Positions 20,594-30,265 of a stretch of DNA of 49,912 nucleotides are shown here, one piece after another. A program made the translations under genes and the position numbers. The DNA is from a phage: the sequence record OZ335956.1, one strand, 5' to 3'. How positions within the stretch are numbered: position 1 is the stretch's first letter; every line of letters starts with the position of its first letter. The notes beneath the pieces were generated by a model that ran no database searches, was not told the DNA's origin, and saw only the letters and a list, made by a program, of their open reading frames with translations.

Positions 20594-20824
20594 TTACCAC
20601 TCTTTAGTTTTGATTGACACCTTGCCGCTAAAGTTTCCCTGGTCGTCGTCTGATGACAGACCTTTGAATCGCATGTCGATTTCTCCAGCGGGAACATTCT
20701 GCCCGTCAACGAATCGCATCATGCAAGAACCGTACGCGTAAGTAACACAGTCGCCATTTTTAAGATTCTGAGCGCAACCAGTCAGGATGAATGCAGAAGC
20801 GATAATGGTGATTAATTTTTTCAT
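20594..20824 (-). CDS. small lipoprotein, superinfection-exclusion-like (Llp/Cor-type candidate)
   Basis: 76 aa; signal peptide with lipobox ILTGC; sits directly upstream of the putative receptor-binding protein gene on the same strand. Confidence 0.55.
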   Translation of the reverse strand: MKKLITIIASAFILTGCAQNLKNGDCVTYAYGSCMMRFVDGQNVPAGEIDMRFKGLSSDDDQGNFSGKVSIKTKEW

Positions 20825-20879
20825 TTGTATGTCCTCGTCGTTAGTGTGATTGCATTGTATGTCGCATTTACTTTTATTG

Positions 20880-21290
20880 CAATAGCTCGATTACAATTTT
20901 TTCGTGTAACAGGTGTCTATTTTTGTAACCGGAATAGGTGTTACAAAATCGACCCCATCCGACCGCAGGGAGATATGATAAAAACTCTATATAATATATA
21001 TAGATAGATAATATTTAATTTTAGCTTTATATATATAATTATTGTTGTGTAACAGTTGTCTATCGTGTAACAGGTGATTTGATTGATTCGTCAAATTTCT
21101 ATCATATATGTTCAAAATTTAATCAATAGGGATTCCATTTATGGATATCTATGTATTTCTAAGAAAAAGCGGTTACAAGTGTTACGCAATAGACAGCACA
21201 CAAAAACTGACTCAAGTTATTGATTCAGTTGATGCTGGTTGTAACTTGAGCAATATAGACACGCAATTACACACCAATTACATGTATTCG
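20880..21290. promoter_or_regulatory. AT-rich divergent control region with repeated words
   Basis: non-coding; GTGTAACAG(G/T)TGTCTAT at 20904 and 21048, inverted copy near 21169-21195, AT-rich tract 20980-21050. Confidence 0.45.
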
Positions 21291-21291
21291 A

Positions 21292-21319
21292 TTGACTAAA
21301 TGCTGTTAATGGCTATAAT
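21292..21319 (+). promoter_or_regulatory. sigma70-like promoter for recombination operon
   Basis: TTGACT, 16-nt spacer, TATAAT, about 30 nt upstream of ATG 21351. Confidence 0.55.
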
Positions 21320-21350
21320 GGATTCATCGTAAACGAAGGAGATAAACGCA

Positions 21351-22415
21351 ATGTTTAAAGTATTCACATCAAGCCAGCTTTCTAATGACGAGTATCATAG
21401 CAATGAAGGTTGGGCGGCAGAGTATGTAAGCGGATCTAGCCTTGCTGAAATCTATCAGACTTGTCCGGCTAACTGGAGATTCAAGAAGAACGAAACGACT
21501 AAAGCGCTGGAGTTCGGTACTCAGTCGCATACAAACTTTGAGAGTAGCGATCTGTTTACTGCAACGTATGCGCGTTGTCCGTCTCCGGCAGAGTTCAAAG
21601 ATCTGATTACGTCACAAGCCGCGCTGGCTGCAAAATTAAAATCTTTCGGCCTGAAAGGTACATCCGGTAAGCAGTACCCGGACCTCATCAAAATGATGGT
21701 TGATTGCGGTGAAGATCTCAATGTTCAATATCTGATTGAACTGATTGCTGAAGCTGAGGCGCGTGCTGAAGGAAAGCAACTGGTTGACGCTGATAAATAT
21801 GATGCCTGTATGAAGATGAGAGCCATCCTTGAGCAAAATCCCGATCATGAAGCGTGCATCAATAGCGAGACGGCCCAGCGTGAGATCTCAATCTTCGGTG
21901 AGATATCCGGCGTAAAGGTTAAAGTTCGACTTGACCATTTGGACTATAAAGAGAATGTTCCAGGTCGTGTGCTGACTGGTTACGATGAGAATGGCGATCC
22001 GGTATTCGAAGACGTGATTTTTCCTGAAGCACTGATTATCACCGACTTCAAAACAACTATGAGCGCTAACCCGTTAGAGTTCCCGAGACTGGCATACAAT
22101 CACGGCTATTACCTGAAAATGGCATTGCAGCACGACCTGCTGCGACGTGCAATCCAGGCTGGCGCTTTTGAGGGTAACTTCCCGGAAGATATCCCGATCG
22201 TAGTTCGATTACTGGCGCAGGAGAAAAAAGAGCCTTACATCGCCCTTGCTTACCGCATGACTATGGAGCAAATCAGGATCGGGCGTAGTCAGTATGTTAG
22301 CGTTGTCCACACCTACAAGGCTTGTTCTGAGATGGACGTTTGGCCCGGATACGCTGGCGACGCAAGCGAGATCGAACTTGAAACGCCGTCATGGGTACGC
22401 TATCAAAACAAGTAA
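21351..22415 (+). CDS. PD-(D/E)XK-type recombination exonuclease (putative)
   Basis: 354 aa; motifs VRLDHLD ... ITDFKT ... YYLKMALQ consistent with a D/ExK nuclease core; followed by annealing protein and SSB. Confidence 0.55.
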   Translation: MFKVFTSSQLSNDEYHSNEGWAAEYVSGSSLAEIYQTCPANWRFKKNETTKALEFGTQSHTNFESSDLFTATYARCPSPAEFKDLITSQAALAAKLKSFGLKGTSGKQYPDLIKMMVDCGEDLNVQYLIELIAEAEARAEGKQLVDADKYDACMKMRAILEQNPDHEACINSETAQREISIFGEISGVKVKVRLDHLDYKENVPGRVLTGYDENGDPVFEDVIFPEALIITDFKTTMSANPLEFPRLAYNHGYYLKMALQHDLLRRAIQAGAFEGNFPEDIPIVVRLLAQEKKEPYIALAYRMTMEQIRIGRSQYVSVVHTYKACSEMDVWPGYAGDASEIELETPSWVRYQNK

Positions 22416-22489
22416 ACGGCACAAATAGCTAAACAAGTAATTAATGAGGTGTTATAATGCACCTCGTACACCAATCAGGAGAAGTTAAG

Positions 22490-23137
22490 ATGCAATTATC
22501 ACCAGAAACCAACGAAATCCTTCCTGCACTGTTTAACGCTCGCAACAAATTCGCTAAAGCAAAGAAGGATGCTAAAAACAATCACCTGAAAAATTCATAC
22601 GCAACGCTTGATGCAATGATGGCGGCAGTAAGTCCTGCGTTAACCGACAACGATATCATGATTCTGCAATCAATGCTGGACACCAGTACAGAAACGACAT
22701 TCCATCTTGAGACTATGCTGATTCACAAATCAGGGCAGTGGGCCAAATTCTTCATGATGATGCCGATTGCAAAACGAGATCCGCAAGGCGTAGGTTCTGC
22801 AATGACGTATGCGCGACGTTACTCTCTCGCGGCGGCGCTTGGAATTAGCCAGAGTGATGACGACGCGCAGCTTGCGGTGAAATCTGTCAAGGATTGGAAA
22901 AAAGAACTTGATTCGTGTGAAGATATCGAATCACTGAAAGAGGTATGGGCTAACGCTTACCGCCAGACGGACACGGCAAGCAAGTCAATCATTCAGGATC
23001 ACTACAACGCACTGAAGGCTAAGTTTGAGATCGGAAAGGCTCGCGGCATTCGCCCGGCGCAACCGGAACAGAAAAAACAGGTTGAAGCAACAAGCGCGAA
23101 ACCTGTACAATCTCAATCAATCACCAATTTCGAATAA
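22490..23137 (+). CDS. single-strand annealing protein, ERF family (putative)
   Basis: ATG 22490 with RBS CAGGAG; segment TYARRYSLAAALGISQSDDDA resembles the conserved ERF core. Confidence 0.65.
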   Translation: MQLSPETNEILPALFNARNKFAKAKKDAKNNHLKNSYATLDAMMAAVSPALTDNDIMILQSMLDTSTETTFHLETMLIHKSGQWAKFFMMMPIAKRDPQGVGSAMTYARRYSLAAALGISQSDDDAQLAVKSVKDWKKELDSCEDIESLKEVWANAYRQTDTASKSIIQDHYNALKAKFEIGKARGIRPAQPEQKKQVEATSAKPVQSQSITNFE

Positions 23138-23184
23138 TCATTCCGGGCGGCTTCGGTCGCCCATAAATTTTAGGAGAGAAAATC

Positions 23185-23598
23185 ATGCATATTATCACTG
23201 GCGAGATCCGAAAAGAACCTAAGATTCTTGAACGTAACGGAGGCAATACTTATATTATTGAACTGGCAGAGAGTTACAAGCCGCGTGATGGCGATCGAGA
23301 ATACACCAACTATACATTCTTTTTCAGCGATGGTGGGAAGCCCGGACTTGCTGATTGGTATCGTGAAGCGTTCCAGGTTGGTCGCGTCGTATCAGTATCG
23401 TGCGAGACGTTGAAGATCTCATCCCGCGAGCACAACGGAACGGTTTACAATTCATTGCAGGCGGCTGATTTTCCTAAGTTGATATTCAGCCAACGAGGAC
23501 AAAGCAACCAACAACGAGCGCCACAGCAACAACAGCGAACGCAATCACATCAACAGCCAAATCCTCAATCAACTTTCGACGATGATATCCCGTTCTAA
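23185..23598 (+). CDS. ssb: single-stranded DNA-binding protein
   Basis: 137 aa; Q/P-rich linker and C-terminal DDDIPF, the hallmark acidic SSB tail. Confidence 0.8.
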   Translation: MHIITGEIRKEPKILERNGGNTYIIELAESYKPRDGDREYTNYTFFFSDGGKPGLADWYREAFQVGRVVSVSCETLKISSREHNGTVYNSLQAADFPKLIFSQRGQSNQQRAPQQQQRTQSHQQPNPQSTFDDDIPF

Positions 23599-23605
23599 CA
23601 AAAAT

Positions 23606-23627
23606 CCCCGCATTGCGGGGATTTTAT
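23606..23627. terminator. bidirectional terminator
   Basis: CCCCGCATTGCGGGG flanked by A-run and ATTTTAT, between convergent genes. Confidence 0.55.
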
Positions 23628-25411
23628 CATTTGGACTTCAATGTTTTTATCTCTTCTTGTAACTCTTCAACTTTCTTCATTGTATCCTGCAAAGCTCTCA
23701 TAGTGTCAAGCAATAAAGGAGTTGTATCAAGCTCAAGCCTTTCAACTTTTGGCCCGTTTAGCTCGTGGCTCTCATAAACCCTTCTCTTAACATATAGATT
23801 GTCGATCTCTTCTATCTCCTGAGCTATAACACCTCGCCTTACCCTTTCTTGCTCATCATCGTTAAATATAAAGTTCCTAAATCTCATTGATTTTATGTTG
23901 TTGTATGCAATGCTTGATTCATCATCCTTTATGCTGTGCTTTATATTTCTGTCAGATGCCGGAATCTGTTGGAAACTTCCAGCCCCTTGCGGTCCAGCGT
24001 AAGATATTTGCCCTGAAGCCATAAACCTGAAATGCATTTGCAGACCAATATTGCCTGCTCCATCCCTATCTTGAGCGCCTACTGATATTTGTGCCCTGGG
24101 CCATTCAGGATTACCCGTAGTCATCATGCCAAATGCTACGCCGCCAACGTATCCCTGACCTCTGGTGTCGCACGATCCAGCAATAAGTGATTGATAGTTT
24201 TCAGCGCCACTATCGGCGGTGTAAGCACCAGCCTGAAAACACGTCTCAGACCACATCTGGTTGTAACCCATATTTCCTTTATTACATAAAAGCTGAGAAG
24301 CCCTGAATCTATTATTAGTCTCGAAGTAGTTTGAACCCTCATAAAACAATAAAGTTCCAGCATAACCATCACTTCCATTACCTTTTCTGACGTAAAGCCC
24401 TGGCACAGAAAGTCCATCCGGTGAAATAATCATAAGTGATGAAAGTATGGACTGACTACCCCAGCTAGAACCGTCCCACGAGTTCCTTCCTGCACCTATA
24501 GGACCCGTGGTGTTAATAGTAAGAAAGTTAACAGCATCATTTTCACCTAACCCAATATTTTTTCTTGACTCTTTTTTATCCTCAAGGCCAGCTAGATTGC
24601 CATCCTTAGTTAAAAGATTTTCAGCATTGATGCTATTGGCTGCGTCTTTCGCTTCTTGAGCGCTCACCGCTGCCGCATCTTTTGAGCTAACAGCATCGTC
24701 ACGCGCTGCCTGAGCGTCGTTTTTTGCAGAGGTCGCCGTTTGTGCTGCCGTTTGAGCGTCATTAACGTAACCTGACAGATCGCCTTTTGCGTCATTAATT
24801 GCCTGAATCGCCGCCGCTTCTTCTGAGTCAATGTGAGAAATGACAGATGATTCCTTTGATCCTATATCAGTTATGGCCTGATCCTTCGCCGCATTGATGC
24901 TACCGACAGCACCGTCAACAATCTGCTGTGTCTGATTCTTGATTGAGTTAGTTTCATCACGTGCGGCGTTAGCTGCGTCACGAGCTAATTCAGCCTGGTT
25001 TTGTGCGGCTTGAGAGTCTGATTTAGCCTGGTTCACCTCAGCAACTATTTGCTCAAGTTTATTCATATCAAGCTGATTTATCAGGTCTATAGCTGCTGCG
25101 ATCTCAGTCTCCTTGCTTTGATAGTATCTAAGCGTCTCAGCAACGTTTTGAGCCAAGCCGTTAACAGTCAACGAATCGTTAAGCAGGATCACATACTTAC
25201 CGTCAGCGGCAGTCTGACCATCTGTAGAGATAGCCTTTAACTCAGTATCGCTCACGATATCGCTAATTACAGCCAGCTTAATCGGTTGCTCCAGAAATAC
25301 GATGGTTGCACCGACTCGAATAAGAGCAAGCTGGTCTTTCCATTTTGTATCGGTTCCGCGAACCGTACCGTCTGCATCCATTGATGCTGTGCCGCGTCTA
25401 TATAAAGCCAT
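23627..25411 (-). CDS. lateral tail fiber with C-terminal intramolecular chaperone domain
   Basis: 594 aa; A/Q/D-rich coiled-coil shaft; C-terminal NIKHSIKDDES...DDEQERVRRGVIAQEIEEI...LQEEIKTLKSK resembles the self-cleaving chaperone of fibers and tailspikes; RBS AAGGAG. Confidence 0.7.
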   Translation of the reverse strand: MALYRRGTASMDADGTVRGTDTKWKDQLALIRVGATIVFLEQPIKLAVISDIVSDTELKAISTDGQTAADGKYVILLNDSLTVNGLAQNVAETLRYYQSKETEIAAAIDLINQLDMNKLEQIVAEVNQAKSDSQAAQNQAELARDAANAARDETNSIKNQTQQIVDGAVGSINAAKDQAITDIGSKESSVISHIDSEEAAAIQAINDAKGDLSGYVNDAQTAAQTATSAKNDAQAARDDAVSSKDAAAVSAQEAKDAANSINAENLLTKDGNLAGLEDKKESRKNIGLGENDAVNFLTINTTGPIGAGRNSWDGSSWGSQSILSSLMIISPDGLSVPGLYVRKGNGSDGYAGTLLFYEGSNYFETNNRFRASQLLCNKGNMGYNQMWSETCFQAGAYTADSGAENYQSLIAGSCDTRGQGYVGGVAFGMMTTGNPEWPRAQISVGAQDRDGAGNIGLQMHFRFMASGQISYAGPQGAGSFQQIPASDRNIKHSIKDDESSIAYNNIKSMRFRNFIFNDDEQERVRRGVIAQEIEEIDNLYVKRRVYESHELNGPKVERLELDTTPLLLDTMRALQDTMKKVEELQEEIKTLKSK

Positions 25412-25432
25412 AGTATAAACTCCTTAAGTAAA

Positions 25433-25447
25433 TAGCATGAATTGCTA
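25433..25447. promoter_or_regulatory. palindromic motif site TAGCA-N5-TGCTA, beside a - strand sigma70-like promoter
   Basis: tagcatgaattgcta; on the - strand TTGCAA, 17-nt spacer, TAAAAT lies at about 25450-25478 upstream of the fiber gene. Confidence 0.5.
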
Positions 25448-25491
25448 AACACTGATTTTATCATTGCGCTAATGGTCTTGCAACGGGCAAT

Positions 25492-25511
25492 AAAAAACCG
25501 CCCGAAGGCGG
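25492..25511 (-). terminator. rho-independent terminator for primase transcript
   Basis: on the - strand CCGCCTTCGGGCGG followed by TTTTTT. Confidence 0.5.
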
Positions 25512-26447
25512 TTAGAGTAGGTCACTTGCTGAGAATAATTTGGCTTGCATTCCTGAACGGTATCCTCCAGGGTTAGGGATGATTATTTTTAACTGCCTGT
25601 CGTCTGCCATATACAAAGTTTCTTTGTCAGATGGTTCGCACGCCACCCTTACCTCCCGATCCCCTTTGTATCTGTACGCAACCATTTCTAGGTTTTCAGG
25701 AGTAAAGCAGGCCCATACCTCTTGCTTTGTATGAAATGCAATATGTTGAGCATCAATCCAGTTTAGACACAAGTAGATCGCCTTCTCAGTTTTACCAGTC
25801 ACGGCAACCGAGCAACTTGTGTATTTCTTCGCGTAAAATGATTCCCTTCCCTCTTCATCAATAATCAAAATATTGCAAAACTCGTCATCAAGCCCATCGT
25901 CATGCACAAGTTGACACGGGATAGTGTGAAATACTGACTCACCGCCATCCTCGCGACGTTTTACGCCTACGTCGAATGATTCAGTGGGTAGTGACTCAAA
26001 CATACTTAGAGGCGTGTTTACGCGCTTCTCTGTGCGCTCCATAACTTTCATCACTGCATCATGGTCTGCCATCATAACATTTACGCCAGCTACCGGAGTG
26101 CGGCGTGCTTTTTTGTTTGCCTTGACAATGTACTCCTGCGGAACCTTACCGAGAAATCTCCCCAGGATGTTTATGCATTCACTGTACGGCATACCAGTTA
26201 ATTTCATCAACCAGCCGATCCCGGAGTCGTTGCCGCATGAGTTGCAGATCGCGCCGCCGTCGCCCGGAGTATTCAAGTTATCAGTCCAACGAAAACGGTC
26301 CTTGCCGCCGCAGTTAGGGCAAGGTTGGTGCTTCTTGTTGAAAACCTCGTTAGGCAATCCGCAAACAGACTGGAATGCATCACGCCATAACCCCTTCATA
26401 TACGGCAATACGTCCTCTTTCTGAAACATCATAAATTCTTCGTTCAC
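25512..26447 (-). CDS. DNA primase (zinc-ribbon type, putative)
   Basis: CPNCGG...CNSCG zinc-binding motif near the N-terminus; adjacent to helicase. Confidence 0.55.
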   Translation of the reverse strand: MNEEFMMFQKEDVLPYMKGLWRDAFQSVCGLPNEVFNKKHQPCPNCGGKDRFRWTDNLNTPGDGGAICNSCGNDSGIGWLMKLTGMPYSECINILGRFLGKVPQEYIVKANKKARRTPVAGVNVMMADHDAVMKVMERTEKRVNTPLSMFESLPTESFDVGVKRREDGGESVFHTIPCQLVHDDGLDDEFCNILIIDEEGRESFYAKKYTSCSVAVTGKTEKAIYLCLNWIDAQHIAFHTKQEVWACFTPENLEMVAYRYKGDREVRVACEPSDKETLYMADDRQLKIIIPNPGGYRSGMQAKLFSASDLL

Positions 26448-26506
26448 TTCCAGATCTCCAAATAAAAACGCGTAGAAGGATGTTACCCCGCTACGCGTCG
26501 TTTGTT

Positions 26507-26959
26507 TTAACTAAAAATGCTATTGGTCGTTCCGATATCTTCCTTCTTCACCACTCGCATAAACTTCTTGTTCTTGCATCGCTTCTCAAGGCACTTGCCG
26601 TTACCGTCAAACTTGAGGTCGAATCGCAACCATGCCGCGCGGTATCCTTTACACCCCTGGCGACGGTAAGCGCGATGTGCAGCTTCAGCACCTTGCCACG
26701 AAATCATATTGCGCTCTTTCCAGCCTTGCACGGTCTGATTACTAACTTTCAGAGCCTTTGCGCAGGCCGCCGGGCCACCATAATATTCGATAAGAGCATC
26801 AAGTCGCGCTCGCAGTCCGGCGCGTGTTTCTTCTTTATGGATATAGAATCCGCAGCGTTGGCGAGGCTTTTTATCTTTACCGCGTCGGGTTCCATTGTTA
26901 CCATTGATGTGACGTTTATCGATTTCACCAGTTGACTCGGCAATTCGTTGCATATTCAT
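26507..26959 (-). CDS. HTH-containing DNA-binding protein (putative)
   Basis: 150 aa; segment GGPAACAKALKVSNQTVQGWK resembles a Cro/YdaS-type helix-turn-helix; basic, Cys-containing flanks. Confidence 0.45.
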   Translation of the reverse strand: MNMQRIAESTGEIDKRHINGNNGTRRGKDKKPRQRCGFYIHKEETRAGLRARLDALIEYYGGPAACAKALKVSNQTVQGWKERNMISWQGAEAAHRAYRRQGCKGYRAAWLRFDLKFDGNGKCLEKRCKNKKFMRVVKKEDIGTTNSIFS

Positions 26960-26972
26960 CTTGATTCTCCTG

Positions 26973-26987
26973 TAGCACTTTTTGCTA
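26973..26987. promoter_or_regulatory. palindromic motif site TAGCA-N5-TGCTA
   Basis: tagcactttttgcta upstream of helicase gene. Confidence 0.55.
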
Positions 26988-27058
26988 AAAACGTTTACTG
27001 TATGCCGTGTATTATAGCGTAAACGTTACAACGATTCAAAGGATTAATAGCCGTGACA

Positions 27059-29071
27059 ATGAACATCAAAAAGCAGATTGCATTACTTGGCGAGGACTAC
27101 ATAAAACGCACTCAGGAGCGATTCACTGTTGGTGAGGTCGTTCCGTATCCGTATCAGGTTGTTGCTTATGCTGAGATAGCGAAGCGCCTGTCAAATTATG
27201 ATCATCCATTCTTCGTTAAAGCGTCAGTATCTGCGGGTAAGACAATCATTTTTGCTATGGTTGCAAAACAGTGTCAGAAAATGGGGTTAAAAATGCTTGT
27301 GCTGGCACGCCAGGGTGAGATTGTCGATCAGGATAGCGAAGAGATCGACAACTTCGGTGTGACTAACTCTATCTTCTCAGCGTCACTTGGAATAAAATCT
27401 TGCTACTTCCCGATCGTGGTTGGCTCTGAGGGTACTGTTGCAAACGGCCTCAATAATGAGTTGGCTGATTTTGTCCCGCATGTAATAGGGATCGACGAAT
27501 GTCACCAGGTGGATTGGGAAGACCTCGCGCAAGCAATCGAAGGAAAGGAAACGATTGAGCAGATGAGGGGGGAGAAAGGGAAAGTTATCATGGAAGGGGA
27601 GATTCCTCTGATTGGTAATGATGGTAAGCCTCTTCTCGGAACTAAGCGAAGCCAGTACACGATCGTTATCATGGAGATGATGCGTCGCTGTAAAGAGGTT
27701 CACGGGCATGACCTAAGAATATTTGGTATGACGGGATCTGAATTTCGCGGCGTTGTTCCTATTCTTGTTGAGAACCCAAAGGCGTTAGGATTCTGGCGTG
27801 AGCGCGTTACTGATATTGACACAAACTACCTCATTGAGTTTGGTTCTGTCGTTCCGACGATATTCGGTTCAACTGACGGGGTTCATTACGATCTGGATAA
27901 GTTCAAGGCGTCGAGCGAGGACGGCGTGCAGGACTTTACAGAGAAAGATATGAAGGCGATGGAAGATGAAATCCTTCATGACAAATCTCTGACTCAGCGA
28001 ATCATGCAAATGGTCGCCAAAAAGGCTGAAGAACGCAACGCTGTTTTGATTACATGTGCCGGGGTTCGTCACTGTAAAGAGGCGGCGGCGGCACTTCCTC
28101 CGGGAAGCACCTATGCAATCATCACTGGAGATACAGACACCAAAACTCGCAAGAAGATTCTGGACGATGTGAGGGCCGGGAAGATTAAATACACCTTTCA
28201 GGTAATGGCTCTCACGACTGGCGTTAACGTTCCAAATTGGGATTTCAGCGTCATACTTCGTAAGATAGGATCACTCACGCTGTTGATTCAACTTTTGGGT
28301 AGGGGTATGCGACTGCTTAAATCATGGCAGGTAGCTGAAGGAATGGTCAAGCAAGATCATCTTGTATGGGATTTCGCTGGCACCATGGATGAGTTAGGCC
28401 AACTTTATTTCGATCCGATACTTGAGCAGGCTCAATTCCAGAAGCGTTTTGAAAACGGCAAAGACCCGAAAACGTGTCCGAAGTGTGGTTGCGTAAATAG
28501 CTTCTACGCTCGCCGATGCGTTAACGTTATCGACGGTGAGCGTTGTGATCATTTCTGGACTTCTCAGATTTGCGAGGACCAGGTGGATGAGCGTACCGGG
28601 AAAATCATTGTTAAAGGATGTGGTGCAGAGAATGACGTTGTTGCTCGCGTCTGCCGTTGCTGCGATGTTTCGCTTGTCGATCCTAACCTGAAGTTGTCAG
28701 GTAAAGCGTACACCAAGAATGACTGGTACGAGGTCAAGAATTTTGAGGTAACTCTAACCAAAAACCAAAAGGGCGTTATATACAAATACACACTGATTAA
28801 CGATGATGGCGATGAGTTCAAGGCGTATGAAAAATTCTTCCCTGAGTCCGACTCTAAGATTTGCGGTACGCTATGGAAAACGAAGGGTGTATTGCCTCAT
28901 GTGTCAGATCCTAAAATGCGTCGCTACTTTATCGGAATGAAGAACGCCATCAAGATCGTGCAGTACTCGCATCATATCGCTCATCCGGTACGTGTCACAC
29001 ACCGACGCAACCAGAAGAAGGAAGATATTATTTCACGTAAAGATTTCGGTATGGAGGATATCCCACAATGA
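27059..29071 (+). CDS. ATP-dependent helicase (superfamily 2)
   Basis: Walker A SAGKT, DEAH-like GIDECH, C-terminal Cys-rich zinc ribbons. Confidence 0.75.
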   Translation: MNIKKQIALLGEDYIKRTQERFTVGEVVPYPYQVVAYAEIAKRLSNYDHPFFVKASVSAGKTIIFAMVAKQCQKMGLKMLVLARQGEIVDQDSEEIDNFGVTNSIFSASLGIKSCYFPIVVGSEGTVANGLNNELADFVPHVIGIDECHQVDWEDLAQAIEGKETIEQMRGEKGKVIMEGEIPLIGNDGKPLLGTKRSQYTIVIMEMMRRCKEVHGHDLRIFGMTGSEFRGVVPILVENPKALGFWRERVTDIDTNYLIEFGSVVPTIFGSTDGVHYDLDKFKASSEDGVQDFTEKDMKAMEDEILHDKSLTQRIMQMVAKKAEERNAVLITCAGVRHCKEAAAALPPGSTYAIITGDTDTKTRKKILDDVRAGKIKYTFQVMALTTGVNVPNWDFSVILRKIGSLTLLIQLLGRGMRLLKSWQVAEGMVKQDHLVWDFAGTMDELGQLYFDPILEQAQFQKRFENGKDPKTCPKCGCVNSFYARRCVNVIDGERCDHFWTSQICEDQVDERTGKIIVKGCGAENDVVARVCRCCDVSLVDPNLKLSGKAYTKNDWYEVKNFEVTLTKNQKGVIYKYTLINDDGDEFKAYEKFFPESDSKICGTLWKTKGVLPHVSDPKMRRYFIGMKNAIKIVQYSHHIAHPVRVTHRRNQKKEDIISRKDFGMEDIPQ

Positions 29072-29484
29072 TTACAGACAAAGGTGATTATTTAGAGTTT
29101 TACGAACGAGATCCCAGCGACACACGAAAGGAGGACGCGCACCAGGTAGATTGCGTGTCCTGGCTGAAATACAATTTCCCACATCTTCTATTTTGGCACA
29201 CTGTAAATGAAGGTGAAAAAACAATCACCTCGGCGCTCAGGGATGAGCAGGCTGGGTTACTTAAAGGAGTGTCAGACTTCGTTATCCTGATTGGTGTAAA
29301 CTCACGCTACCCGTTCGCAGCTATCGAACTCAAGCGGGTTAATAAGTCCGGCAAGGGAAAGGCGTCACCAGTCAGCGATAAGCAAAAGGAATTTCTCCGC
29401 AATGTTCGTCAACGAGGTGGATTTGCTGCGGTTGCATATGGATTGGAGCAATTCAAGATCGCAATTTACGAAATGATGAAATAG
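29068..29484 (+). CDS. VRR-NUC domain nuclease (putative)
   Basis: 138 aa; GVSDFVIL...AIELKR matches the D..ExK core of VRR-NUC; RBS GGAGGA. Confidence 0.65.
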   Translation: MITDKGDYLEFYERDPSDTRKEDAHQVDCVSWLKYNFPHLLFWHTVNEGEKTITSALRDEQAGLLKGVSDFVILIGVNSRYPFAAIELKRVNKSGKGKASPVSDKQKEFLRNVRQRGGFAAVAYGLEQFKIAIYEMMK

Positions 29485-29496
29485 CACTTTTTGTTA
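29482..29496. promoter_or_regulatory. palindromic motif site TAGCA-N5-TGTTA
   Basis: tagcactttttgtta; includes stop codon of preceding gene. Confidence 0.55.
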
Positions 29497-29551
29497 AAAC
29501 TGCCGGAATGGAATCTGGCATTATTACCTCACCGAAACGAGAGGACTAAAA

Positions 29552-30265
29552 ATGAAAGACTTTAATGACATTGAAACTATCGACTTTGCAGAAACTGGTT
29601 GCTCATTCACTCGCGAAGCAATAGCATCAGGCGGTTATTATCAGGCATTGAAAACGCCAACCTGTAAAGAAATCTCCGGTCGTCGATATAAGGGAACAAA
29701 TACGCCTGACGCAGTTCGTGATTTATGGTCTACCCCACGAGAGGTTATTGCATACCTTGAGGGTCGTTACGGAAAATACGATCTCGATGCTGCGGCAAGC
29801 GAAGAAAATAAAGTTTGCGAGAAGTTTTATTCTCAGGAAACAAACTGCTTAAAACGTTGGTGGGGTAAGAGCAAGCACGTTTGGTTAAATCCTCCTTACA
29901 GCCGCCCTGATATATTCGTCAAAAAGGCGATTGAGCAAATGGAGCACAACAATCAGATCGATATGTTGTTACCTGCCGATAATTCGACGGCGTGGTTTAC
30001 TGAGGCTCGACAGCACGCGGCTGAAATTATCTGGATTGAAGCGGATTTGACTGAAGATATCGACGGTAACGAGTATGCTCGATCCGGTCGCCTGGCCTTC
30101 ATATCCGGTGAAACTGGAAAGGCGGTTGACGGTAATAACAAAGGTTCGGTAATTTTCATTATGCGCGAACTGAAAGAAGGTGAGGTTCAACAGACCCACT
30201 ACATTCCAATCACAAGCATTTGCCCTTCGGTGAAGAACAAACGAGCAAAAGTGAGGAAAGTATGA
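29552..30265 (+). CDS. dam: DNA N6-adenine methyltransferase (Dam-like)
   Basis: catalytic NPPY motif in WLNPPYS; size and layout of phage Dam-type enzymes. Confidence 0.75.
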   Translation: MKDFNDIETIDFAETGCSFTREAIASGGYYQALKTPTCKEISGRRYKGTNTPDAVRDLWSTPREVIAYLEGRYGKYDLDAAASEENKVCEKFYSQETNCLKRWWGKSKHVWLNPPYSRPDIFVKKAIEQMEHNNQIDMLLPADNSTAWFTEARQHAAEIIWIEADLTEDIDGNEYARSGRLAFISGETGKAVDGNNKGSVIFIMRELKEGEVQQTHYIPITSICPSVKNKRAKVRKV

